Source of the DNA: an uncultured virus (IMG/VR IMGVR_UViG_2851443076_000002)
Taxonomy: Duplodnaviria; Heunggongvirae; Uroviricota; Caudoviricetes
Direction: 5' to 3' (one strand)
Length of the DNA stretch: 64,000 nt
IMG/VR virus record: IMGVR_UViG_2851443076_000002
Coordinates: 1-64,000 of that record
Position numbers and translations under genes: made by a program. The notes under the pieces are model-generated. The model worked only from the letters and a program-made list of their open reading frames with translations, did not search any database and had not been told where the DNA came from. Below, piece by piece: positions 21,453 through 31,031 of this stretch. Position 1 is the stretch's first letter. Every line of letters begins with the position of its first letter.

Positions 21453-21695
21453 TACATTAATGCCCTCATGACTGCCGCGCATTCATCATCGACCCGGGAT
21501 GGCGCAGGTGTGGTTTCGGTTGGTGGCGCGTTTTCATCGCCAGGACGGCGGAAAGTGCCCTGTTTCAGGAAGTAGGCTCGCCAGTGGTACAGAGTGTTTG
21601 CCGGCAACGCGGCAATTTTGGATGGGTCAGGCTCGCCCCAGCGGTCGGCCAGCCAGAAAATCAGCTCCAGCCAGGGCGAGTCACTCAGTTTTTTT
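21452..21695 (-). CDS. Tail assembly chaperone gpT-like extension reached by -1 frameshift
   Basis: The -1 frame after GCG GAA AAA AAC TGA reads KKLSDSPWLELIFWLADRWG...VMRALM* without a stop; absent from the ORF track. Confidence 0.8.
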
Positions 21696-22050
21696 CCGCT
21701 TCCTCCAGCTTGCCGATTGCGTGTTGCTTCACTTTTTCCACTGCGGCCAGCAGTTCGGGGTTTTCATGGGCCTTCAGCAGCTCGGCTGCCGTGGGTTTAA
21801 ACTCATCCGGAATGGCCGTTCCATCCGGCTGAACCAGTGCATCGATGACGATCTGGATGACTTGCTCCGATGCCTCGCGCGCTGCGCCAGCTTTTGCGGT
21901 TTCAGCCATTTTCTCTTCGTAGCTGATGAGGTAATCCCCGGTCAGGCGGCGGATGAATACGGTGGCGCCAAACAACTCGGTTTTAATGACGGTTGGCTCC
22001 GATTTAAGCAACGCGGATTTCAGCGTGGACAGGTAATCTTTATCTTTCAC
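21685..22050 (-). CDS. Tail assembly chaperone gpG-like
   Basis: Between tail tube and tape measure genes; ends in a slippery GGAAAAAAAC. Confidence 0.8.
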   Translation of the reverse strand: MKDKDYLSTLKSALLKSEPTVIKTELFGATVFIRRLTGDYLISYEEKMAETAKAGAAREASEQVIQIVIDALVQPDGTAIPDEFKPTAAELLKAHENPELLAAVEKVKQHAIGKLEEAEKN

Positions 22051-22107
22051 AGGTAGTCCTTAAAAATAAAAAGCCACCCGAAGGTGGCTGTTTACAGGTT
22101 AAGTTAA

Positions 22108-22569
22108 TCAGGCGCCGCCGGAGACAGCGACGGTTCCCCAGGTGATCTTGTTCTGTTTACCCTGAACAGTGATCTGGATGACCTCATTCGCCGGAGCGGC
22201 GATTTCATTCATCTGCCACCCGGACAGCGCCAGGAGCATCGTCGCTGTTCGCTTGTTGGGTAATTCGACGTATAACTGGATGGTCTTGCGGGCCTCTGCT
22301 GCGTTCAGCAGCGCGGCAAAATCGGTATTGCCCGGATCATCAATGAAGCCCAGCGACTTTTCAGGCCCGTCAGGCAGATCGCTGATGGACTGTTTCTGCT
22401 TATCCAGTAACGTGGTGCAGTCGACAAAGCCCCCCGTCTGCCCCATTGCACCCAGCGCTTTACAGTTAATCAGCGGTTTCAGCGCTGACGTGGCAGCGCC
22501 AGGCTCCCCGTATTTCACAATGGTGCCCGCCGGCAACATCGCATATTCAGGCGAAGTTTTATCAGCCAT
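22108..22569 (-). CDS. Major tail tube protein
   Basis: MADKTSPEYAMLPAGT...VDCTTL...ISDLPDG; position in the operon. Confidence 0.85.
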   Translation of the reverse strand: MADKTSPEYAMLPAGTIVKYGEPGAATSALKPLINCKALGAMGQTGGFVDCTTLLDKQKQSISDLPDGPEKSLGFIDDPGNTDFAALLNAAEARKTIQLYVELPNKRTATMLLALSGWQMNEIAAPANEVIQITVQGKQNKITWGTVAVSGGA

Positions 22570-22600
22570 GTTTCTCTCTCTTTTTATACGGCAGCGGATG

Positions 22601-23002
22601 CTACCTGTTTTCAATGCCGTTTCGGATTTCCACGGTTAACACGCGCAAAACGGTCTGGAGGTTGTAATCCAGGGCGGGTCGGATAAAGGGGTCTGCAACC
22701 TGTTTAACCGTGCCAAACTCCTGCGCCAGCGCCTTCATATGGTGCTGCTTGCTGGGGCCAACACGGAGCGTTACAACCGCGTTCCCTTTATCCTTGCGGG
22801 TGGAAGAGCGGATTTTGATTGAGTCCCGCATGTGCGGCCCGGCAGACGTTTCGTCAAAGCCGGCATGCTGCTTCATATCTTCCTCGACGACCTTTAGCGC
22901 TTCGCGCCCGGCATCCCGCAATACCTTCGTCGCCACTTTTTCACCCAGGGCCATTAACTGCCGCTCCAGCTCATCCAGCCCTTTAACTTCCATTCGGATC
23001 AC
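22601..23002 (-). CDS. HK97 gp10-like tail completion protein
   Basis: GLDELERQL...AQEFGT...PFIRPA. Confidence 0.85.
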   Translation of the reverse strand: MIRMEVKGLDELERQLMALGEKVATKVLRDAGREALKVVEEDMKQHAGFDETSAGPHMRDSIKIRSSTRKDKGNAVVTLRVGPSKQHHMKALAQEFGTVKQVADPFIRPALDYNLQTVLRVLTVEIRNGIENR

Positions 23003-23387
23003 GAGGAGTCCTCCACGTAGTGAATGATGAAATCGCGGGTCAGGCGATACTGAATGCGACGATTCGTCAGCTGGTTTTTATCCTGATGGATACCGCCTCG
23101 CTCCACATACTGAACCGGGATACCCTCCAGCTGGCCATGAACGACGGACTTCAGTTCCGTCCAGATTTTTTTATCCAGCTGCAGCAGTGAGGTGTAATCA
23201 TCGAGACGGTACAGATTCACCCGATACGGGCAGATACGATCCCCGTTCGCAACATTCCCGAGACCATTTCCGGGTCAGAGATACGCTGAAAGGTCGCACC
23301 TTCCTGGACCGTGTCCGGCAGTAAAAGCGGATACGCATTCATGCCGGTGATGCGCTCCAGCGCACCCTTAATCGCCAGCTCTATCAT
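22999..23387 (-). CDS. Tail terminator protein; one apparent frameshift at ~23221
   Basis: MIELAIKGAL...SARI joins VNLYRLDDY...YVEDSS in another frame. Confidence 0.7.
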
Positions 23388-23705
23388 GCCGCCCGTCAGC
23401 CTCCCCCGTGATAATGATCCGGTCTGTTTGCGGTCGATATTCCGGACGGTATAAACCAGATTTTTCGTCGTGATTTTCCAGTCAATATCAACCAGCACAC
23501 CCGGATAGACCGTAAACAGGCAGGTTTCCACCACCTGCTGCTGATCCAGCGTGCGGACTTTCCGCCCCGATACCAGCTCCCGTTTTGCCCACGCTTTTCC
23601 CGATTCAACCTGCTTTTCCGGTAGCGGTTCGCCCAGCGGCCCCCGACCGGACTGAACGTAGCTAATCGCAATGCGACAGTTCATATCACCCGGTTTCAGG
23701 CTCAT
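23368..23705 (-). CDS. Head closure (head-tail adaptor) protein; one apparent frameshift at ~23428
   Basis: MSLKPGDMNCRI...NIDRK; adding one A gives TDRIIITGEADG...*. Confidence 0.7.
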
Positions 23706-24016
23706 AGCGTATGCTCCTGCAGGGGGAAAAGAAGATGCCTCACCGCAGCGGTTTCCAGCCACTGTCCGGTATGGCCATTCAGATACGCATCGCTGACCAG
23801 AAACTGAATGGCCAGACGGATATCTTCATCCGCGATAAATCCGCGGACGGTTTCCGGGAGTGCCTGCAGCTCTTCATCACTGGTGACCAGCTTGCAGTAA
23901 TAATCACGCTCGATGCTCCGCTGCGCGGCGTTCACCATTTGCGTGAGCATGGCGTCATGCTCCGTGAAATCCAGTTCGTGCGTAGCTGGGTTTCACATCA
24001 TCAATGTCAGTATCAA
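23702..24016 (-). CDS. Head-tail connector (gp6-like); 5' end disrupted by indels
   Basis: Downstream part DFTEHDAMLTQMVNAA...DIRLAIQFLVSDAY is typical; upstream LTL..VK.QLR is recognisable but out of frame. Confidence 0.7.
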
Positions 24017-24257
24017 AATCGCTGTCTCCCGGCTTCGGTTTCAGCGCACGTTCGGCATCCTCCGGCCATACCGCGATACGCCGGTTAACCAGCTCTTCGG
24101 CGCGCGTTCCTTCAAAGCACGCGATATCTCCACGGGAATAACGGTGGTGCGGCCCAAGGAACACAACGGATTTACGCTCTGCCTGTGCGACCACGGTCGC
24201 ATGGTTGTCCTGTGCGACCGTTTCTTCCGACTCCACTGCTTTATTTTTCGCAGCCAT
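24000..24257 (-). CDS. Small head-associated hypothetical protein after the capsid gene
   Basis: RBS AGGAG, MAAKNK..., YSRGDIACF motif; the 3' end is blurred by an indel. Confidence 0.6.
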
Positions 24258-24315
24258 AACATTCTCCTGAAAGGGAAAAGCCCGCATATGCGGGCCGTAT
24301 TTACTGAGGGATGGG

Positions 24316-25602
24316 TTAGAACAGGACGCCGGTACCCAGCACCAGACCTTCCGGATGACGGAAGCCAATATCATGCTCAGTAACAACGCGGATTAGCGAC
24401 TGGTTACGGGAAAACGCAGATACCAGGGTGCCATCGGCATCGATGTAAGAGGCTTCCTTCGAGAAGTCGACTTTCATATTGCCGTCTTCAGCAATAACCA
24501 CATCATTGAAGTCAGCAAAGTAAATCTCAGTCTCCTTACCCCCGGTCCCCAGATTCGCAGGGATCGCGCTGGTACGCTGAACCGGATATCCTTTAAGTAA
24601 TCCCTGAGCCATTTCCGGATAGACTTTGTTGCCGTTGCCGTCACGCAGCCCAAACAACTTCATATAGGTACGGTTCGACATGCCCCAGCCGCTGCTGATC
24701 ATATTGCTGTTGCCGTCCATCGCCATCAAAATGATCTTGTCCAGGTACTCGTCAACCGTGTTCAGGTTGATCGCTGCATCAGCTTCCCACGGCAGCAGGC
24801 GGTTCCACTGCGTCGCGCGCGCCTTCATACCAATCGGTGTATCGCCGGTACCGTCATCGCGCATAAAGGCTTTATCCTCACGCACAGAGATGGCGGTCAG
24901 AATATCCTGCAGGACCAGCTGCTCGACGTTGAATCCGGCGCGGCCAATCAGTGCATTGGAAATAGGCACCATCGCAATCAGAGTTTTCGCCGTAAGTTTT
25001 ACATCATCAAAGCGTGTTTCTGATGTCTTGGCGTCTTTGTTTTCTCCTGTGTAGCTTGCCGTTGCTCCACCGGCCACGCGTGGTAGCGTCATATTACCGT
25101 TAGGCAGCGGAACGGGACGGGCACCCAGCTTGCGGACGATGGTTCGGTCGCTCAGTAGCTCGATCACCTCACTGTGGAGGTTCTGCGGAATAAGCACACC
25201 CCCGGACGCCGCTGCGGTGGAAATGGCCATCGATACGGACTGGTCATTCAGCTCTTCTGAAGCGAATTTTGCCGCGTCCTGCAGATTCCCTGCGCCTGCG
25301 GCGACAGACATAACCAGTCGGGTCATGCCAGCACCGGTGTACTGTTTCGGCTCCTGCTTAACAATAATGCCGGGGGCCTGCTGAGTCGCTTTCACGGGTT
25401 TTGCGACCAACGCCGCAGCACGTTCGGCGGCTTCCAGACGTTCAATTTTGGCGCTGATATCAGTGAACTGCTGCTGCAGGTTCGCAAACTCCGTCATCTG
25501 CTCCGCAGTCAGCGTGCCGCCGCTGGCGTCAATGGTTGCCAGGGCCTGAACCTGTTCGTTGATACCCGCACGCTGACGACGCAATTCTTCAATATGTGGC
25601 AT
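24316..25602 (-). CDS. Major capsid protein, HK97 fold (helper)
   Basis: N-terminal coiled-coil delta domain, GGVLIPQ, LRDGNG, FADF. Confidence 0.92.
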   Translation of the reverse strand: MPHIEELRRQRAGINEQVQALATIDASGGTLTAEQMTEFANLQQQFTDISAKIERLEAAERAAALVAKPVKATQQAPGIIVKQEPKQYTGAGMTRLVMSVAAGAGNLQDAAKFASEELNDQSVSMAISTAAASGGVLIPQNLHSEVIELLSDRTIVRKLGARPVPLPNGNMTLPRVAGGATASYTGENKDAKTSETRFDDVKLTAKTLIAMVPISNALIGRAGFNVEQLVLQDILTAISVREDKAFMRDDGTGDTPIGMKARATQWNRLLPWEADAAINLNTVDEYLDKIILMAMDGNSNMISSGWGMSNRTYMKLFGLRDGNGNKVYPEMAQGLLKGYPVQRTSAIPANLGTGGKETEIYFADFNDVVIAEDGNMKVDFSKEASYIDADGTLVSAFSRNQSLIRVVTEHDIGFRHPEGLVLGTGVLF

Positions 25603-25674
25603 TTTATTTCTCTTTTTGACATAAAAAGCAGCCTGCTGGCTGCTTAAGGTGACGCGGTTTGTGTTTGCGCCGGG

Positions 25675-26592
25675 TTACATTTTGGTTTGCAGGTCCATCG
25701 CGGCTGCCTGCATCTGAATGGAGGTTTTGACGGGGTTGCTGATACTTTGCCGCGATAGCATTGATCGCCGCCTGGGGGTCAGAGACTTCATCCGCCAGGC
25801 CGGCTGACACAGCGCCAGGGCCAAAATACAGCCCCGCCTGCGTATCAATGATGGCCTGCTGCTTCAGGCCGCGATATTCGGCCACCGACCCCGTAAACGT
25901 CTCGTACATTTCGTCGATCATGCCCCGAACATACCCAGCGACTCTTCACTCAGTGGTTCATGTTGGGTGCCGTTATTTTTGTTATCTCCCCGGTAAATGG
26001 TGGTGAACGTCAGCCCCATTTTTTCTTCCATCTTCGACGTATCGAGGTGCTCCATGATCACACCAATCGACCCCACGCCACTGGTCTGGCTGACGATGAT
26101 TTTGCTGCAGGCCGATGCGATGAAATACGCGGCGGAATACGCGCTGTAGTTCACAATCGCCGTGATGGGTTTCGTGTCGCGAGACTGATAAATGTAATCG
26201 GCCAGCTCCTTGCACCCCACCGCTGCGCCGCCGCCGGAGTTAATATCCAGAACGATTTCGCTGATTGAGGGGTCGTTTAACGCCGCCTGCAACTGCCCGC
26301 GGATCCGCTCGTAGCTGGTCAGCTCGGAGCACATCGCCGTAATCTGCCCCCGGCGTGGAACAAGAATGCCGTGAACGGGGATCACCGCCACCCCGCCGGT
26401 GGGCTGGACCTGCTCAGCAGCAGGTGATTTACCCGGATTCAACGCCATCTGAATGGCGGCATCTTCGGTGATCCCCTGAATACGGGGGATGAGCACCGCT
26501 TTCACGGAGTCCATTGTTTGCCGCGTCACGTAATGCGGCACACCAAAGACCATATCTGCCAGGTGCGGCAGGTTAATTAATTTCGTTGTCAT
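25675..26592 (-). CDS. S49/SppA-family head maturation protease; apparent frameshifts at ~25925 and ~25727
   Basis: LDINSGGG, AYSAAYFIAS, GSIGV; continues as MIDEMYETF...GLADE in another frame. Confidence 0.8.
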
Positions 26593-26628
26593 GTTGTCTT
26601 CCAGGTCATCCCGCGCAGCGGGAAATAA

Positions 26629-27888
26629 TCAGGCTCTGGCCAGAAGGGTTTCGATTTCGGCCAGCTGTTTTGCTGTCGGCGACTTATCGCCAGGAAGGAT
26701 CTTCGCGCTGTCGACCATATTGAGCGGCGTCAGGTATTTGTCCCCGCCGGCAATTGGCGGCAGATTCTCCATACGCCGGATATCGTTGGTGGATAGCCAT
26801 CCCCACTGGCGGCCCAGCGCATACGATTCATAGCGTGACTTCTGGTCGCCTCGCAGCAGCCCGGAAACGTTGAACTCGATGTACAAATCGCGGCGTTCGC
26901 TGGGCAGAAGCAGATCGCGCTGCAGCGCACCCTCATGGCGTTTCAGCCAGGCCAGAAGCGTATACATCACGAACTGCAGGCCCTGGTGCTCGATGTTGTT
27001 GTTGGTCGCTTTCGCCAGCATCTGCACCATATGTGGCGGGATTTTATAGAGCCGGCAGACCTCTTCCACGCCCCACTGCCGCGACTGTAGCAGCTGCGCC
27101 TTTTCGTTATCCTGCGACAGTTGTTTGTAGCTCATGCCCTCCTGCAGCAATGCCACAGAGAACATATTGTGAATACCGGAATGGCGCTCGGTCCATTTCG
27201 CCAGCAGGCGATCAATAGCATCCTGGCTTTTAATGGTCGCAGCCTCTTTCGGACGCTCTATCACCCCGCTCATCGTTGTCCCGCGCCGGAATGTCGCGGC
27301 CGCATGCTCCTCAACCGCCAGATTCAGCCCCAGAACATCGGCGTTCGTCTGAATGGGGGAACTGCCGATATAGCCATCCAGAGAAAAGACCTTCACATGG
27401 TGCATCATGCGCATCGGCAGAATTTCGCCGACTTCCGGGAGTTGGTAATACGGCATACCGTCCGGCCCTTTCAGCACAATGACCTTTTTCGGGTTAATGG
27501 GGATCAGCTCTTTCGGGTAGCCTTTTCCGTCCCGTTCGATGATCGAGTAGCAATTTCCCTCCAGCCCCAGCAACCCCTGCTGCTGTTCGAAATACTCGAA
27601 TGAGGTGTCTTTCCTGTTGGGCTGGGAGTGAATCAGGTCATAAACCGGGTGGTCCGTCGCACGCTGGCGCCCGCCATTTTTATCCCGCCGGTAAAGTTCG
27701 CACGGCAGCTGCGCAACGGACTCAGCCAGGAGGGTGACACAGGCCCGGACCGCTGAAAGTCCCAGAGCGGTTTCCGGCGTGATTATGATGCCAGTTTTGC
27801 TCTGGCTTGAACGAACCCCGCCCAGCATAGCTTCCCAGAAGCTATTACCCGAGTATTGTCGGCCCCTGAACATCTGGGGTAGGAACAT
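26629..27888 (-). CDS. Portal protein, HK97 family (helper)
   Basis: AVRACV, GNCY, DGYIGSSPI, KIPPHM, NDIRRMENLPP. Confidence 0.93.
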   Translation of the reverse strand: MFLPQMFRGRQYSGNSFWEAMLGGVRSSQSKTGIIITPETALGLSAVRACVTLLAESVAQLPCELYRRDKNGGRQRATDHPVYDLIHSQPNRKDTSFEYFEQQQGLLGLEGNCYSIIERDGKGYPKELIPINPKKVIVLKGPDGMPYYQLPEVGEILPMRMMHHVKVFSLDGYIGSSPIQTNADVLGLNLAVEEHAAATFRRGTTMSGVIERPKEAATIKSQDAIDRLLAKWTERHSGIHNMFSVALLQEGMSYKQLSQDNEKAQLLQSRQWGVEEVCRLYKIPPHMVQMLAKATNNNIEHQGLQFVMYTLLAWLKRHEGALQRDLLLPSERRDLYIEFNVSGLLRGDQKSRYESYALGRQWGWLSTNDIRRMENLPPIAGGDKYLTPLNMVDSAKILPGDKSPTAKQLAEIETLLARA

Positions 27889-28067
27889 TATTTACCTCCG
27901 CCATTGCTGACGCCGGAGGAAAAGGCCCGGGTTGTCATATATGACCAGCCCAGACAAATAATCCCTCCTGTTATCAATCCCACTGATGGAGAAATAAGCC
28001 AGGCACCTGCGGATAACAATCCAGCACCAGTGAGGCCGACAATAAAACTCAGAACTGAAATTAGCAT
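27888..28067 (-). CDS. Small two-TM membrane protein between terL and portal (59 aa)
   Basis: MLISVLSFIVGLTGAGLLSAGAWLISPSVGLITGGIICLGWSY...; overlaps both neighbours; absent from the ORF track. Confidence 0.7.
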   Translation of the reverse strand: MLISVLSFIVGLTGAGLLSAGAWLISPSVGLITGGIICLGWSYMTTRAFSSGVSNGGGK

Positions 28068-29157
28068 GCTATATCTTCCTCATCGTATACGGATGTCATC
28101 ACTGAACTGTTAAGCATGGCGCGCCCCAGCCCCATCATTAAACCAACCGCACCATCTATCTTATTCTGCCGCCCTTCTTTCCCGGGACGCACAATATCGT
28201 CACTTCCGGGAAGGTACTGGCCGACGATATTGGAAATACACCAGTTCATGACAGGGTGTCCGTCATGATGGAATCTCCCCGAGATGAGCGCAGCCTCAAT
28301 CTCTCTCATAGGATCACTCATATGGGTAAAATTTTGTCTTATCTCGACAGGTTCAAGCCCCTCTTCCTCGAGCATGTGACGTAATGAAGTCGCGCCATAA
28401 GGGTCAATGGGGCATTGGGCAATTTTTACGGTATTCCGCAGTTTCAGGATCGTTTCAAATATCAGCCTGTAATCAACTTCGCCACCATCGGTCGGGATCA
28501 ACTTACCCTGCCGGACAAAGGACTGATAACGTTCTGCGGTACTTTTCAGCGCGGTCTCCTGCGAGTAAATGGTTTCTTCGGGTGCCCAGAACAGAGGAGA
28601 AACACAGTAAAAATGTGTTATTCCGTCTATTTCACGACGAAAAACTGGAACCACAGCATTGAGGTCAACTTTCGAGGCCAGATCGATACCCAGCCAGCAT
28701 TCTTCCCCTTCAAAATCTGACAACTTAAGATTTTTATCGGCTGCATCCATCCATTTCCTCAGGTCGTAATAAGCTGATTTTGCGCTTACCCAGCGATTGA
28801 AATGCTTGGTCAGAATCTTGTTTGTCTGCCCGGGCGTCGACATACCCAATAATTGTTTAGCCCGGAGAAAATCTGCTTTTACCGAAATGCCATAGTTGGG
28901 GTTTGCCTTGATTAATGCCTCAGGAGTCGTCCAGTCATCATCGTCATCAAGGCCATAAATCAGCCCAAATATGGTTTCATTTTCCTCACCATTACGGGTT
29001 CTCCGCAGGATCTCGACAACCTGAGTACGCTTTTCATAGCAAGGGGATGTAATGTCATAGCCGGCGGTGGTGATGATCAGTGTCATCGGTTGTTCACGAG
29101 CCCCCATACCGGTGGTCATGGTGGTGTAAAGCGCATCAGTAGTATGTTCGTGATATT
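28061..29157 (-). pseudogene. terL: Helper terminase large subunit, 3' part (split by satellite)
   Basis: YHEHTTDALYTTMTTGMGAR...ITTAG...GIDLA...KIDG; continues the 45409-46056 fragment. Confidence 0.93.
29139..29157. repeat. Satellite attachment junction (left in window)
   Basis: GTAGTATGTTCGTGATATT, 17/19 identical to 45413-45431; shared core TCGTGATATT. Confidence 0.9.
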
Positions 29158-29229
29158 TATTGCAAGAACTTTTAACCCTATGTTAAATATCACTTTAAGG
29201 GAGCTTGATGACACTGACTGGTTCTATGA

Positions 29230-29251
29230 GCAATACACATAGCAATACACA
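29230..29251. promoter_or_regulatory. Putative integrase arm-type sites
   Basis: Tandem GCAATACACA-ta-GCAATACACA; the same pair occurs at 45271-45292. Confidence 0.7.
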
Positions 29252-29458
29252 GGAAGAAGAGCTAAAGTTACACGCAGATGTGCCCATGAAGTGACACTCC
29301 TGAATCTAAATCACATATGGCTTTATCTATTACGACTATAACATTTAAGTTAAGCGCAGCTAACTATCTGAATTCATGACATAAAAATGAAATCGCAAGT
29401 TGATTACAAGCTTGCAGGTGCATTTGAATAAAATAATTTCCTAAGAAAGAAGGGTAAT

Positions 29459-30334
29459 ATGGTTAAAAATACTGGTAAGGCGTATGAAGAGTTTGTTGGT
29501 ACAATACAACAAAGCTTGATAAATGCAGAAGGCATATCCCATTTAAAAAATATAAAAGTAGAAACCAACAAAATAATAAAAGATAGAAATGGCATCGATA
29601 GACAATTTGACGTGTATTGGGAGTTTAACATTGGTGGCCATGAATATAAAACCGTGATTGAATGCAAGGATTATGCATCGACCATTACGGTTGATAAAAT
29701 CGATGCATTTCTCGGAAAAACAGATGACATCCCAGGATTAAGGCTTATTTATGCAACAAAAACCGGCTACCAAAGTGGAGCAAAAATAAAGGCCGAAAAC
29801 AACAAAATAGATTTACTTATTGTCCGAGAGGCAAATGATTCCGACTGGATGGCACCTGACGGAACACCATTAATTAAGCAACTTCAAATAAATGTCACTG
29901 CAATAACCCCTCCAATAATAAAATATTTCACGCCATCTATTGAACAATCATGGCTAGACTCGCAAAAAGATTTGGATGTCGATACAATAATTCAGAAACT
30001 TAGTAGCATTCCGAGCAATGAATTATTCATTAAAAATTGTACCAATGGCGACTTTTACTCTCTTTATAAATTATCCAGCATGTTGACAGTTAAAATAACT
30101 GACATCAAGTATGGAGAAGGAACTTTTAGAGAAGAATTGAATGACAACTCTTACCTTCAAAGTGAGAACGGCGACTTTCAAATAAAAATCAGTGGTTATG
30201 AACTTGGTTACGAATACCATGAACCCATAACATTCATATCGACAATTGATTATTCAAAAGATTTGCTGGGGATTGTTCAAAACTATCTTTCGGGTTCAAA
30301 ACAAATGATTTTCAAAGATGGAAGAACAAAATAA
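29459..30334 (+). CDS. Mrr-like PD-(D/E)xK restriction endonuclease with uncharacterised C-terminal domain
   Basis: GKAYEEFV...RQFDVY...IECKDY...TGYQSGA; low GC; no adjacent methylase. Confidence 0.8.
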   Translation: MVKNTGKAYEEFVGTIQQSLINAEGISHLKNIKVETNKIIKDRNGIDRQFDVYWEFNIGGHEYKTVIECKDYASTITVDKIDAFLGKTDDIPGLRLIYATKTGYQSGAKIKAENNKIDLLIVREANDSDWMAPDGTPLIKQLQINVTAITPPIIKYFTPSIEQSWLDSQKDLDVDTIIQKLSSIPSNELFIKNCTNGDFYSLYKLSSMLTVKITDIKYGEGTFREELNDNSYLQSENGDFQIKISGYELGYEYHEPITFISTIDYSKDLLGIVQNYLSGSKQMIFKDGRTK

Positions 30335-30374
30335 AAAATCTAAGCCTGAAACACTCCTTTCAGGCTTTTCATTA

Positions 30375-30965
30375 TCACTGCTTATCTTCTGTATAAACCC
30401 CAGCGGAAATAATTGCCCCTCCGATTCGACGCTTTCCGTATAGTAATCCAACTGGATAACCTTGTGATACCGTATTCGTGACGCCACCAAAAGCGTATGA
30501 TGCTTTATTTTCCGGGGATTCCTTGCGAGCCAAGCCTACGGGCTGTGGAGAAAGCATCTGGACTACACCCCCTAGCATCATGGCGCCACCAGCCATCATC
30601 ACATTAACGCCCCACGGTTGATCAAATACAAATGTGGCTACTGTACCAACCGCAACAATAACCGCCCCTAAGATAGTTTGAAGGAAACCAGCTTTTTTGC
30701 TACCAATGATCACCGGTACAATACGGATGGTATCACCTGTTATAGGAAAATTTAAATCGTTCTCACCTATGTTTGTTTTACCCTTGAAAATAGCGAAGGT
30801 TAATCCTTGTTCCTTACTATGAATCATATACTTTTCAAACCCAGGTAGCGTCGCAGATAATGCGATCCCCGCCTCATGCACGGTACTAATTAAACGATGA
30901 TGAACCTTACCAAAAGTTTTACCAAGCACACCGCTCAGTTCAATTCGTGTCATTTTTTCGTTCAT
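30375..30965 (-). CDS. Tail assembly protein I homologue carried by the satellite
   Basis: Full-length match to 15306-15917 (IELSG.LGK.FG, GSKKAG.LQTILGAV, LLYGKRRIGGAIISAG). Confidence 0.88.
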   Translation of the reverse strand: MNEKMTRIELSGVLGKTFGKVHHRLISTVHEAGIALSATLPGFEKYMIHSKEQGLTFAIFKGKTNIGENDLNFPITGDTIRIVPVIIGSKKAGFLQTILGAVIVAVGTVATFVFDQPWGVNVMMAGGAMMLGGVVQMLSPQPVGLARKESPENKASYAFGGVTNTVSQGYPVGLLYGKRRIGGAIISAGVYTEDKQ

Positions 30966-31031
30966 AAACATTCTCTGTAAAAAGTCATAAAAAAATAAAG
31001 ACCATAACATCTCAACCAACTGACATAAAAT

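Noticed and set aside
4414..27603. Many + strand and alternate-frame ORFs over the tail and head genes
   Set aside because: They are shadows of GC-rich coding sequence with no recognisable motifs
28061..29200. Satellite-supplied replacement start for the 3' half of terL
   Set aside because: An in-frame TAA lies about ten codons upstream of the core with no start codon between
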